NCBI GenBank assembly: GCA_964247055.1
Contig: OZ176053.1
Location: 3,968,001-4,032,000, forward strand
Origin: Paragordius varius
Lineage: Eukaryota > Animalia > Nematomorpha
Direction of reading: 5' to 3'
DNA: 64,000 bases
Positions 11,528-25,900 of the stretch are shown here, piece by piece. Positions within the stretch are counted from its first letter, which is position 1; each line of letters opens with the position of its first letter. Both the position numbers and the translations under genes were made by a program. Under the pieces are notes generated by a model that ran no database searches, was not told the DNA's origin, and saw only the letters and a program-made list of their open reading frames with translations.

Positions 11528-13037
11528 TTTAAAGGAGGTTAATTTTCATAATTGGTGAAAATTTAACTTTTTTTAATTTTTTCAAATCGACTAATATATA
11601 CGTAATAGGACAGGGGGATTATTTTTGTAAGAAATGTAATGATAATATTAATATTGTATTAGTTGTTTGTCCATCGATGATCAAACAAACAATTCTTTAT
11701 AAATAATTTATTTGATTTTGGTTGATTTTAGCGTTCTATCCATCAAGTTTCATCTGTCCCCTTTTTCCTTACACGTTTTGGATATTGCTAATTAGTTTTT
11801 GGATATTAATGAAGTGAAAATTCCCAATAACAATATTAATTAGATATTAATAATAAGAATTTGAAGTTTTTTTTGTAAAAAATGAAATTAATTTTAATTT
11901 TGCCCAGAATTAAACAGATCGATAATGAAAGGTGAAAATAATAATATATTTTTTTCCTCTCAAAAATAGAGGGGTAAAAATAAAAGCACATGGTAAAAAC
12001 TCATTGATATTTTTACATTTATAATTAAATTAATTAAATTATTATTGAAGATGTATCTGTATGTATTGTTCGCATAATCAAAATCTCATTGAAAAAAACG
12101 TGCGTTTTATTATTGATTATCAATTATTGCCAATTTTTCTTGTCAATTAATCCCAGCTATCTGCTTGCTATATTAAACAATATTGAACAATATTGGGGAT
12201 TAATTTTCTAATTTTAACGCATTTCTTTCCCTTCTTTCTGTCAAAACTAATTTATGAACCTTTTATGGCGTCAAAATCGTGACCGCGCCTTATTTTTTTC
12301 AAAGTTATCAAATTTAATAAATGTCATCCATAGTTATCATCAATTTAGCTCTTTAAATTTAAGTTTGGTTTTGATTATTAATACCTATTAATTTTGTTTT
12401 AAAAATAAAAAAAATGTAATAAGTTTTATGAGCCTATGCGATAAAATAAAATAAGGATATAGATATTTAAAAAGTCCCTTTTCTGCCTAAAACTTTCCGC
12501 TAATGTGATATGAATAAGAGGCCAATGCAATCATGGTTGCTTTGAAGCATCGTTAAGCCCAAGAGCATAGTTATTTCTGACTTTTGTGGAAAATATTTTC
12601 GTTTATCATTTTATTAGAAAATGGTTATTAAAAATTATTTTTTGTCAAATTATTTTTGCATCTTAGATTAGTGCTATCTAACACAAATGACCTCGTTGGC
12701 CGCATTCTAGACCCAAAATATCCAGCGGGCCGCATTTTAAATATATATGGGCATTCATAAAGGTTTCAATCATAATTATTTATTTTATGACAATAAATAA
12801 AAAACGTATCAATGAAGATTTGTTTCATAAAATTTTCAATATAATAATTAGTCACACTCAAATCGCGGCACACGGGCATGCGGCTCTAAGAGTGTTTTTA
12901 TAGCCTTGAATTATTTAATAAATTTTTTGATTATTCATTTTCAAAATAATAGCTATAAAACTTTTATCAGTATAAGACAAACATTTTTTCATAGTTTGCT
13001 GGGAATTAGTTTATAGAGATATATAAATATTTAATTA

Positions 13038-14170
13038 CACTAGTCGACAAATTTGGACATTTTTAAGCACCACCACTCAAACCTTTTAAATTATGACTAA
13101 TTTCAGTGTTTTAAAACCGAATTTGAAAAAATTTTGACAATCAAAATTTTGAAATTTTATAGGTTTTTCAATTTTTCAAAAACAAGAGAAAATCGAGAGA
13201 AAATTAAATATAACTTTATAATAAAATGTTATTATATTATAAACTTAATATCATTTAATAAAGCGTTTTAAACTCTATCTTTTGAATATAAATATGTCAT
13301 TTAAATATCAGAGAGAAAAAAATAGTACAGACTTAAACGTCAAAATTTAGTCTTTTTTTTCAAGTAAATTTTTAACACATATAATTTTTTTTAAAAAAAA
13401 TACTAAAAAAGGCATTCTATGGCTTAAACCTTCGGCTTTCAGATAGGCTATATTTTTTTTGTTAGATTTCGTTCTTTCGAGTACTTATTAGACTTTTTCT
13501 CTTGAGTTGGTTCTTATAAAAAATCCTTTATTTATACCTAGTGGATATACCTTATTTTTTTAAAATTATTGGTTGTTTTGTATTTTGAATTTCTGATGGA
13601 TGTTGTGTAGCCACTTTTAGTAGAATCTACTGTTATGGGGTTGGACCATTTGTATTTACCTAATTTATATTCAATTTAATTGTAGATTTTATCTAACTTT
13701 ATTCTGTAAATTGGTTAATTTGACATGTCAATTTGCCACGATTTTGCTTGCAAGTCTCTCTTATCAGACTTTACGATTACTTATTGTTATCTTTGCCATA
13801 TCTGGCATAATTATAGGATCGCTTGGGGGATATGCAGAGCTTGTGCAGCCGCCCATATCTATCACACTATACATAAGCCCCTTTTAGATTTTTAATACTT
13901 TGGCTCTTAGTTTGTTTAGTATCTTATTTAATGCCTAGAATTTGTTATCCATGCATGGAATATTACTTGTATCGACTTGCTTGTTTGAATATTTTAACAT
14001 ATGTACACGAGGAATGACTGTTATTTTTGAATTAAATACAAATTTAAAAATTAAATTTTGGAAAAATCCTATTGGTGGCCTCAATTTTCTTTTTTGTTTT
14101 GGCCTTTCCATGCCATTAGGCATCAGAAAATGCAAAACATTGGGGTGGTGCAAAACCTTGTTGAGCAGTG
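13038..14170 (-). mobile_element. Internally deleted Tc1/mariner-like DNA transposon, copy 1
   Basis: TA|CACTAGTCGACAA...TTGTTGAGCAGTG with imperfect TIRs (shared gcaccacc / ggtggtgc). Colinear with 29054-29960 plus 34900-35119. Faint transposase-like remnants on the - strand. Confidence 0.65.
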
Positions 14171-14180
14171 TTATTTAATA

Positions 14181-16794
14181 CTAGCGTGAATCTCGGGCTG
14201 CTAACCCGAAGAAGTCCTTCGGACTTCTTTGGAGGAGGGGGGAGGGGGCAAATGTTTGGCTTTTATACGATCTGCTCTAATTAATTTATTATAATCTCAT
14301 AAATTTGGCGAAAAAAGCCTCAACATTTTTTGAGCGGGTTTAAGGGTATAAAGCCCCAAGCACACAAAATTTAAACAAGTTAACAAAAAATATTTATCAA
14401 CCATGATCTTAGTATAAAAAACAGAAGCAATTTATGGGTGAAACGTGCAAAAAAAGTTTTTTTGACATCGATAAATATTAAAAAGACATGTATAATTTTG
14501 TTATGAAGTAAAGATTGACTTACACACATTTGTAAAATTCTTATATATATATAAAAATGCATAACCTGTGCAATTGATCACTGTAATGAGTGTAATTTGT
14601 CCTTATGGAGTAGGTATGTATAGCTTACACATAATTAGATTGAAGCCTGCAAAGCCGCTATTTGAAAAAGGGCTCAACAAAATTGTGATCTATATTTGTG
14701 GATTATTTCGAAACATTATTAAATAGTAGGATTTGTAAAATGGTGCTTCAATTTCAAAACTGTGCATTCATACTAATATATTATTTACTGGTGTGGGGGC
14801 CCCAAATCAACGGCTACTGTAAAAAACCGCTATGGTGTTATTTAAAGCCTTTATTGGTCTCGTATGGCTTCTTAAGTATTTTGAAAATTAGCTCCAAAGC
14901 CACGCCATTTTTGTATGGCGTCTCAGTTTTAAATCTGTCGACCCTACCCATAGACCTATATGGAAAAAGCGCTCTGTTAAATTTTTTGCCTTTATAGGGC
15001 AAATATTTGGCATCTTTGATTCCATCGTATGGGTTATTCGAAAAAATCTTACGCTAAGGCCTTTTTTATCTAGTTACGGGTATTTTTCAAGCTTTTAATG
15101 AGCTCATATGGCTTCATAAATTTTCTGTAAATTAGCTCAAAACAACGCAATTTTTATATAGTGGCTCAGTTTTTGGCGGGTACCTCCAAATTCAGGGGCA
15201 GATAAAAAAAGCGTTGGGCGAAATTTTTGCCTTTATATGGGAAATATCTGGAATTATCTTGGATTCCATATGTTCCTTTTAGATATATATATTTTCTTTT
15301 TGGCTCCAACGGTATGTTATATCGATATGGTGACGCAGTTTTACGCGAGTAGCCCCCTAACCAGGGGCGAAACAAAAAAACGCTCGATTAAAATTGTTGC
15401 CTTAATTCGGGTAATACCTGGAATCATGATTGATTCCATATGCTCTCCTGGGATTTTAAAATTGCCTCAAAACCAAAAAGTCATTTTATGGTGGTACCAT
15501 TTTCAGAGCAAGGGCATAATAAAGGGGTAATTTATTAAAACCGTTTTATTAAAATTTAGCCTTTTTACGGGTAATATTTCAAGTTCTTTTTGAACTACTA
15601 TGGCCTGATAAGTTTCTAAAATTTGCCTCCAAAGTCACGCTAAATCAATATGGTGGCGCAGTTGTAGGCCGGTAGCCCCTACCCAGAGGCCAATATGTAA
15701 AAGACGTGATAAAATTTTATAGGGGATTACCTGGAATCATCATTCATTTATTCCTTATGTTCTTAATAGTTTTTGGAAGAATGGCTTTAAAACAAAATAA
15801 TAGTTCAATGATAGCGCATTTTTTAGGGCGTAAAGGGCCTAATAAACGGCTAATTTTAAAAAAACCGCTTCACTTAAATTTTTGCCTTTTTACAGGTAAT
15901 ATTTCAGGCCCTTATTTAACTTATGTGACCTGATAGGTTTTCTGAAAATTAACTCCCAAACAACGCAATTTCGATATGATGGCACAGTTTTAGGCGGGTA
16001 GCTCCCCACCCAGAGGCTGAAACAAAAATGTGCATGATTAAAATTTTTGCCTTTTAACAGAGCATACCTGGAATCATGATTGAGTCCATATGCTCTCATT
16101 AGTTTTTGAAAAAATTGCCTCAAAACTAAAAAAACATTCTATGGTGGCGGATTTTTCAGGGCGTGAATTAACGGCGAATTAAAAAACCGTGCCGCCTTAC
16201 GGGTAATATTTTAAGCACCTATTGAATTCATATGACCTGATAGGTTTTCTGAAATTTACCCCAAAGGCACGTTATTTCGATATGATGGGGCAGCTTTTAG
16301 CGGGTATCTACTACCCAGCCGCCAATATAAAAAATGCACGACTAAAATGCTTTTTAACAGGTCTTGATTAAACTTTGACGGACTCATACTCTGGGCGAAA
16401 AATAGATTCAAAAAATCATTTTTGTTGACTTGGTTTATTTGAAAAAATGGCATTTTACGGGGGGAGCGGGTAAAAAGAGGGCCTAAATTAAAAAGGGAAC
16501 CGACTATGTTCGGCGCAATCGAAAATAAGTAAATAAAAATGATATATGAAATCAAATGGTCCAACACGTTTTCCGGAAAATTGTCTCAAAGACACGCTTT
16601 TTGTAGATTTATGTTTTCAAAAAAACCGTTTTTTACACAGAATGGGCCCGAACTTGGGGCCCAAATAAAAAAAGGCCAAGCAATTGCCCGGGCATTCATT
16701 GATGATTATAATTTTTGACATTTGGATTTGAATGGGTTTACCGGTTTCCCGGAGAACACAAAGCCAGCATTTTCCATTTTTATAAATATATAGA
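14181..16794 (-). mobile_element. Non-autonomous Helitron with both termini and an internal tandem array
   Basis: The - strand begins A|TCTATATATTT at 16794 and ends with hairpin TCGGGTTAGCAGCCCGA, 8 nt, then CTAG|T at 14181. A second perfect 9-bp hairpin (14209-14229) lies just inside. No TSD and no Rep/helicase ORF. Confidence 0.8.
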
Positions 16795-18339
16795 TTAGCA
16801 GTTAAAAAGAACATTCAGATCTTACTATTACCGAATATCAACAAAATTTGTAATATTATAGTATTATTTTGTGAACGCTTTTGTGATGCTAAGTTTACAA
16901 AGTAGCTCGAAAACCATGCTGGGACATAATTATTGATTTAACACAAAAACAATTAGGGTATTGTTGACCATGATTATATTTATGTCCTAAAAGTATATAT
17001 GATATCAGATTAATAATAATAGGTATTCTATGGCTTTTTTGTCGCAGTATTAGAAAAAAATAAAAATGAAATTAATCCACATTTAGCCTAGAGTTTTTTA
17101 TAATTTGTTAAATATGAAAGAACTGGCAAACTTTGATATGTAAAAACAATTAAATAATTCAAAAATGCTTTTCTCGCATATTGACACTAAATTTAATATG
17201 TACAGAGTGCACACAAATCCTAATAGATATAGATTCTCAAATGTAAGGAATGGTATGGTTTTTTGTTTGTACCTTATTAATTTCACTTTTGTGGTAGGTT
17301 CATATCAAATAATGCAAAATTAACGCTCCCATATAAAAATCCTGATATTATTTTGACAGATAAATTCATCCTAATTCTGATAGTGTATTTGGCTTTGTGT
17401 TTTAAAAGTAATCTAAGAAAAATATTTATATTTGTATAATAAGCTCTTTGGAAAAGTTGCAAATTAGCGCATATATTAAATAAAAGATTTTAGTAAAAAC
17501 CAAATGCTTCATTTAAAATATAATTAAATTTATATTAGTTACAAAATATTATTTAATTAAAAGACGTAGGATGTTAAAGTCGCAAATCTTCCGACCTCTA
17601 AAATGTGATGATTTTCTTAAAATAAACGTAAATATGTCGATTTTGCGCGATAATTATTTTAATACATGCTAAATGACACAAAAAAATAATTTTAAAAATG
17701 CATATATTCCTTTGATTCTCAATTATCTTTTACTGTAAAAATGGGTTAAGATATTACAGTATGAGTAAGTATACATTGCTAGAAAGGTATTAAATATTGC
17801 TAAATAGCATATACAACAAAGGGCAGTATTATTGGCTTATTGTTATTTTTTTCACTTTATTACTATTAGCCATTTGCTGCATATACTATTTGACAATAAT
17901 TAAAATCTTTCTAGCAATTTTAATAGCACTTTTCTAAATATTTAAATGATGCTGACATATCACCTCAAAAATTTTACCTTCAACTAAATACATATGTTTA
18001 TAAAATTTTAACCAAATTCAAAAGCAAACCAATTTAATTAAAATTTTGAGGTTAAAATGTTATATGGAAATAGTGTTTGATATCTTATAGCGTTTGTTTG
18101 CCGTTTCCACCATGCTTCAAATTAATGAAATGCAGTCCGAAATATATTTTGGATGTCATAATCTAGCATGTATTCAAAAATTTTATCGCACAAAAGTAGC
18201 CTTTTTGCGTTTATTATTTTACTTTTTTAAGCGTTGATATCCTGGAGTTTCCGCCCCATAGCTAAAAATAGTAAAAAAGCCACTGATTTGTTTTTTTTGT
18301 TAAAAATTTATAAGCTAACCCTCTTCTTCTGTTTTCCAC

Positions 18340-20060
18340 AGTGTACATAATAAAATATCCTGAAATATATGCATTCTGATAGGATAATATGTCAGGAGTA
18401 TCATGGTGGTCGTGGTTTTGGTTCTAGTGTGAAAATTATTTGCACTTTTGTGGTAACTGCTCCATATCAGAAAATGGCCATATTTGCGCACATTTTTTTT
18501 AAAAAAAATTTTACGGTAAAAGCTAAATGTTTCATTCCAAAAACAATAGTTAAAATATATCATATATTACTTTATAAAAATCAAAACAATATTTAAATTT
18601 TGGGCTCCAAAAGTTTCAAAATATTTATTACTCTTAAAATTAAAGTAAAAATGCAGAGGTTGCGCGAAAAAATTTTTGAATATACACTGCGTCCAAAATC
18701 AGGTATAAAAAACAACCGGATGAAATATATATATATATATATATATATATATTCTGATAGGAAAATGTATCAGAATTATCACGGTGCTTTTTTTGTCCCC
18801 TATGGGTGATTTAAGAAAGTTATCTACAAATTTTAGCAGGTGCTCCATATCAGAAAATGTAAAAATTTGGACATATGTTTTTTAAACATAATTTTTTTGG
18901 AGAACCTAAATGCTTCATTCAAAAACTATCACTAAAATACATAAAAAACGAAAAATAATATTATTTAAAAATTTTAATTTATAGATGTAGGCTCCGAAAG
19001 TCTCAAATTTTAACGCTTTTCAAAAATGAGTTAGTTTTCTTAGTATAAACTCAAATCCGAGATTGCAATAAAATTTTTTAATACAAGCTAAATTTTCATA
19101 TCAACTAAAAATATTTTTGAAACATGCATATTTTTTTTAAAAATCTAATTTCACCACTATTTTGTTAAGAATTGGATACAACACATTCATTTCCAACTTT
19201 CGATTCGAATTAGGGTCGTGGGACACCCCAGATAGTTCAAAAATTAATGAAAACCCATGGCAAAATTTGGACTTACACAGGGTGCACAAAGAAATATTAT
19301 GATGATTCCCATAGAAAAATGTATCATGAAGAAATCTCATAGTACTTTTCGTTTTGGGGCTTACAAGTCATATAAGAAAGTTATTTACACTTGTAAGTGC
19401 TCTATGTCAGAAAATGGCAAATTTTGAGTACATTTTGTATAACAAATTTTTTTTGATGAAAAATTAATTCCAAAAAAATCATTTAAATATATCATATATT
19501 ATAAACAAAAAAACATTATTTCCAAAAAAAATAATTTTTTGAATGGGGGCTCCGATAATTTTTTGCTCTTCTTAAACTAGTTATTTAAAAATAACCACAA
19601 AAATGCCGTGATTCGTGAACTAATTTTTAAATATTTGCTAAATTGACTTCAAAAAAAATATTTTTTAAAATTGCATATTTTACAAAAATTTAATTTTTAA
19701 CAAAATATGTTAAAGGTTAAGTGCATCACCTTTTTTAGGCACGATGAAAACGGTATAGAATCGCTTTTAGATATTAAATATTTTGGCATTTACGCCGTTA
19801 TTTTAAAGGAACTAGCCCGTTTTAGAAGCATAAAAATTTGGGACTTTCGGAGCCTACACACAAAAATTAAAATATTATAAATTTGCTTTGTAAAAGTAGT
19901 TTTTGATGTATTTGAGTGTTTTTTAAAATGAAGCATTTAGCTTTCATCAAAAAAACTTATAACACTGGACAACAAATTTTTCTACCACTCGAGTTTTTTG
20001 CATTTTCTGATATTTAGTATCATTTTAACAGTAAATCTGAAATAAAAATTATAACTCGAT
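18340..20060. mobile_element. Modular foldback-type non-coding element
   Basis: Three direct modules (about 18350, 18750, 19300) share ctccatatcagaaaatg. Inverted arms about 18840-19011 and 19833-20015 include a 25/26 match (tgtaggctccgaaagtc.caaatttt). Related fragments at about 21560-21720 and 36040-36240. Boundaries approximate. Confidence 0.55.
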
Positions 20061-20929
20061 GGAAGAATTTTGTATAATTTAATTTTTTTGATTATGCGCC
20101 CTCTTTATCAAAATACTAAAAAATGTTTTTCCTTGAACATATACAAGTAATGCCCATTTGTAATATATCATTCGAAAAAGTAATTAAAACTCTATAAAAT
20201 GCTTACTAATATGTATTACATCGACAGTTAATATTGGACACAAAGAGCGATAAACGCGCGAAGCGAGAGCATTTTTTTTTATTATATTTTTAAAACTAAT
20301 GGATGAAAATAGCTCAAACTTTGTTTAGATGGTGATGAATGTCCCAAAAAGATACAAGAAAGATTTTTGATTAAAACATTTTATTGCTTTTATGTCACTC
20401 AAAACAGCCATTTTTAAATTTTTTGTTTTTTAAAAATTACCATCTCATCAGTATTAATTTATTTTCTTTACGAAGCTGATAATTTCGAAATTTTAAAGAT
20501 AAAAACAAAGTTTAAAAATATTTATGATAATAATAATTTTTATTAAAAAAGCAAAAAGCTTTTTCAAACATTTTTTTTTAAATTAAATACTAATATAACC
20601 CTAATAATTATATTAAAATAATTTCTATGATTTTCAAATTAGTTTGTCTGTGAAATTTCTTGACTTATTTAGGGGTTGAAAATTTCGACCATTTAAATCC
20701 AAATAACTTTTACATCCGATTGATTTAAATGACATACTACCATTTAAAAGATGCAGTTTTTTGCGTTCTTTCGAATGATATAAAATACATGGCTTCATAT
20801 CTAAAACTTTTAATTTTCGAAATTTCGAGTATGTTAAATCGGGGCCAAAAATTATCGATAATCTCTAATATAAAAAATTCTTGCATGCTAACCAATTTTT
20901 TTTTCAGATATACTAATTATGTACTTTAA

Positions 20930-21499
20930 CACTTGGATAGAACACACTCATTTTAGTCCTTCGATTCAAATTGGGGTAGTTGGATACCCCAGGCCTGTTT
21001 AAAATCAAATACTTTAAAAAGTTATGGAAGCAATCGAAACCAGGGCAAAATTTTGCACTTATATAACATTAATCACCCGAAATATACAAAAAATTTTATT
21101 CAAAAATACTTGATATTACTTATTTTGAGCTTAAACTGAAAGGTAATAATTTAGTCAACGAGGCATGTGTCAAAATGTAAAATTAAAAAATAATACAAAA
21201 TAAACCGCTTTTTCTATTTCTATCACTGTTAAATGTATATAAAAAAAAAAGCTTTAGTTTTACCCTTAAAATTAAAAGACGATATTTTGCAAAATTTTTG
21301 TAAAATAAAAATGGCGTCGAAGTAGTTTGAGATGGAACCTTTTTTTCAAAACAAAATTTCAAGATATTTTGCCATATTTATATAATATTTATCAGGGAAG
21401 CCTAAATTTAAATTAAGACCTTTTCCTTCAGTAGTGTTTTAAAAATTTTAATTTTAATTTAGTCTGGGGTATTTAGATACCCCAATTTGAATCGAAGTG
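20930..21499 (+). mobile_element. piggyBac-like MITE, copy 1 (570 bp)
   Basis: TTAA|CACTT...AAGTG|TTAA. Subterminal inverted repeats cgattcaaattggggta..ggatacccca / tggggtatttagataccccaatttgaatcg. Non-coding. Confidence 0.75.
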
Positions 21500-21789
21500 T
21501 TAATGAAATAAATTTTTAATTTACAAGAATGGCAGTTAAAAAAGTTAAAATTTATTGTCCAGTGTAATAAGTGCGCATATTTTGCTATTTTCTGATAAGT
21601 ATCAAAATCTTTCTTGTATCACTCGTCCAAAACCGAAAGCACCATGATACAGATATAATTTCATATCGGAATATATATTTCATAGAATATTTTTTTATAC
21701 TTCCCGATTTCGGGCGCCGTGTTAGATAAGAACACTTAAAGTTTCTACAGCTTTTAAACTTATGGAATTAAATTTAGATAACTCAAACC

Positions 21790-22323
21790 ACGATTTAAAG
21801 GAACAAACGATATTACTTCATTACTTTTTCACCTTTTATTAGCTTGTACAATTGTTTGTGCTTGTAATAAACTACAGTTTTAAAAGTATTTATATATAAA
21901 ATTTAATTCTTAAACATTGTTATCATGTATTTAGATAGTTTTGTGACTTCTAGTGTCAAAAATTGACCCAGCTCAAAAACGCGATTGAAACTAACAACTG
22001 ATATTACATCAAAATATATCAAGTTTTCGCTGGTAAAATGTGGCATAAAGGCATTTTAAAGTAAATTATTTAATTTTTTAACCATAATGTACATTAATTT
22101 GCTTATTGTATTAGCGATTCGAAAAACTTTATTGAAATTATGGCTGCTAAAAAAAGTTTTAGATGAGGATTTTTTCGCATAAAATATTTTTTATATAATA
22201 TGCCTAAAAGACTTAAAGAAGCATATTTTTAAATTCGGCTTAATACCTTGATAATTTTTCAAAGATACAAATTTTAAATAGCTTTGGGATATATAACTAT
22301 CCCAAAAGATAATAGAGTGTTAA
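21790..22323. repeat. Dispersed repeat, copy 2 (first copy about 60-605); ends GTG|TTAA
   Basis: Colinear similarity to the window start. The terminal GTG|TTAA suggests another piggyBac-like MITE family. Confidence 0.65.
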
Positions 22324-22923
22324 ATCAATTGATATTAATAATTTGCTGGAAATTTGTAATTAAATAAAATTATAAAATAACTTTAATTTAAGACGATTAT
22401 TTTTTACAATTTTGCATTTTTTTAGATATTGTATTATGCGAAAAACCTAATAATTCATATTATTTGCGCTAATGGTAAAAATATTTTTAAGCTATTAAAA
22501 TCAATGGTCCTATGGCATAAAACCTTACAAAAGGGCATTAAGTACCAGATTTTAGAGGAGTCCAAAAATTTGCGATTTGGAGCTTAGGTCAAAATCTTTA
22601 ATCTGATAAAATAATTTTATGCTTTGCTAAACGCTAATATAAAACGTAGTTTATTTAGCTTTTAAAAAACTTTTAATTCGATAAAAATTGTGCTAAAATT
22701 GATACTTTTTGTTACTCAGTATTTCTTAAATTTCGCACATAAACAGCATCATAATGATGATACATTTTCTAACAGAATGTATAATCTATCCCGATGTTGT
22801 GAACGGTGAAAAAAATATATTTTTTATGATCATATGGTAGCAAATACTTGTATAAATTTTTGAATTTTTAAACTATGAAAATCATGCCTATTCATTGTTT
22901 TGTATACCCTTCTCGCGTCATTA

Positions 22924-25900
22924 ATGAGCATGAATTTAAAACCAGTTCAGGAAGTTAAACCGTTTACTAAGGTACTGTTATAATTGTTATGCATAGATTT
23001 TTTACAATAATGAATGGCACAACTCTAAAAGTGGCAAAACATACGAAAACATTAATCCAGCTACTGAAGAAAAAATAGCAGACATAGCTTTAGGAAATGA
23101 AGTTAAAACATTCAATCGAATTTTACTCTAGTTTTAAACATAACCTATAATTTTTTATCTACATTTTCGATCACCCAAAAATTTTGATGGATATATATTT
23201 AATCTAGGCTGATATTGATATGGCTGTTGATTGCGCAAAGTCAGCATTTAAGATTGGTTCAGATTGGCGACAAACCGATGCTGCTAAAAGAGGCTTAATG
23301 ATAAATAAATTAGCCGAAATCATTACGCAAAACCTTGCATTAATTGCTGTATTTTTATTTTCGTTTAAATAATTTTTTATTTTATTGATTGTAAATTTTT
23401 AATACTATTTTTTTAGACTTTAGAGACATTAGACACGGGTAAACCGTTTAAAACTTCGGTAGAGGATGTCGAGTTATCATGCAAGGTTCTGCAATATTTT
23501 GCTGGTTGGAGCGATAAAGTTACTGGACAAACGCTGCCTGTGGGTAAGTTTTACATATCTATTAAGCATTTATCTAGACGGCAACTTTTTTAGTTATACC
23601 AGAAGAGAGCCAGTCGGTGTAATAGGAGCCATTGTACCGGTAATAATTTTTGATCAAATATTTAATTTTAGCGTTTTTAAAGTTTTTAAAACCAATAAGG
23701 AAATATTACATAATAAAATTTGATGTATGTTATTTTTAACATAAGGGAAAGAAATTTATATAGGTAAAAATTATTTAAATGTTAGATTTTATAACGAAAA
23801 ATAATAAAATTTGCACTGATGTAAATGCACCTAAACTAATTTATAAAATCATAAAACCCTAATTATTGAAATTTATTTATTGTTACAATATGGACATCTA
23901 AAATTGCTTATCTGCTTTAATATGATTATAATTTATTTGGATTGAAATTTTCGCTAATTTTTTTTGATGTGCTAATTTTTATGTATCTGATATATATTTT
24001 AGTGGAATTATCCCATTTTATTATTGGTATATAAACTGGGACCAGCTTTAGCCATGGGTAACACGATAGTCATTAAACCAGCAACTCAGACTCCATTAAC
24101 TGCATTGTATATCGCCCATTTTTGCAAAGAAGTTATTTTTATCGAATTTTATTTTAAAATTTATGTTCATAATTTCTATACAATATGCGCCAAAAAGGGT
24201 AATTTTTTATCAATTATTATATTAGTCTCTTTAACACAAAAGTTTTGGTTATTTTATTGCACCATACGTGAATTCTTTTTGACATAAATATCGAAAAAGG
24301 CAAACCTATATTAATTTTTTCTACAAACTCCTTTAAGTTTTTTTATATTATCAACCATATTGGATGTCATAACGTTTATTCTTTTTGCGCAATCATTATA
24401 ACTCTGAATATTTAATAATAAATTTTTATAGGTTGGATTCCCTGCTGGTGTAGTTAATGTCGTTCCCGGTAAAGGTTCTGAGGCGGGTTTGGCACTGGCA
24501 AAACATAAAAAAGTCGATAAAGTATCCTTTACTGGATCCACCGATGTAATAATTTTACAATTTATTTTTTAAAACTTTTTGTAAACAATATTGTTTTATT
24601 AAACAAAAATTATTGTTAACATAAATTGGGAAATTAATAGTTGTGTGTTTATAGATGCCATTTTATTATGATAGAGATTATATAAAACTATGAAAATTTG
24701 ATCTGATTTATATTAGACATAGTGCAACTAAATGAAATTAAATGAATATATTTTGTTTGAAATACTGATTTATACACATTTTCAAATTAAGGTTGGCAAA
24801 AAAATTATGGAATCCAGCGCGAAATCTAACTTAAAGCGTGTAACACTCGAATTGGGAGGGAAAAGCCCAAACATCATATTAGATGATGCCGACAGTAATT
24901 ATTAAATTATTTTTATTTTCATAAAATTATTTAGCTGTTTTACACCCAAAATGTTAAAATATGCATTTAAAGAAATGTTAATTCGCAAGACCATCAACCT
25001 TACATTTTTGATTAATTATGTTTTTTTGATAGTTGATATGGCTGTTGAACAAGCCCAAGATGCGTGTTATTCCAACATGGGAGAATGTTGCAGTGCTGGG
25101 ACAAGAACGTTTGTCCATGCTAAAATATACGATGAATTTGTCGCAAAAACTGGTGAACGCGCACAAAAACTCAATGAAAAGTTTGGGGACCCATTTAATC
25201 CCTCCATGAAATATGGACCTCAAGTATATAAAATTATATACTATTTGCATAATAGTATGCAGAACCTTTAAGGAATCGTTACTTTTTTTTATGAGTAGAT
25301 TTGCTTTTAAACATTTTTGTAAATGGGAATTTCTAATTTTTTTTCTCAAAATTAATTTTTTGGCAAATTATTATTGCAGCTTTTTTATTCAAATAAAATA
25401 GGTTTTCAAGTAAATTTAATTTTTTTATTTTTTTAGATTGATGAAAAACAGCTTAAAAAAATTATGGAGATGATTGAATCTGGTGTTAAGGAAGGCGCTC
25501 GACTTGTTGCCGGTGGGAAACGCAAGGAAGGCGTTAAAGGATACTTCATGCAACCGACGGTATTTGCTGACGTTACGGATGAAATGAAAATTGCCACAGA
25601 TGAGGTTAATTGCCAAAACAATCAATTTTTTAAAGTTTAGATTTCGAAACTGTTAAAATTCCACAGTTAAAGATTTAAAATACGTGTAAAGAAATTTTGA
25701 AAGGATAATACATCTATCTCCACGTGTTACAAAATTAGGACGACAAAATTTGGATTAGTACAAGTTTAGGGTGATTGAAAAAATTTAAACATAATTAACA
25801 ACTTTACTTAGACCAATGAGTTTTGGCTAAATGAATATTATTTGGAAATCATGATTGTCTCAAACTACTGAATATTTTATACGCCGATTTATTAACTATT

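Noticed and set aside
14188-14235. tRNA-Ser(GCT)-like anticodon stem-loop (TCGGG CTGCTAA CCCGA) plus a long arm
   Set aside because: No D arm, T arm or acceptor stem. On the - strand it is the Helitron 3' hairpin preceding CTAG.
14698-16814. Cluster of 60-100 aa ORFs in the Helitron body (also 36847-37692)
   Set aside because: Frames are not conserved between the two copies or between modules, and no Rep/helicase motifs are present.
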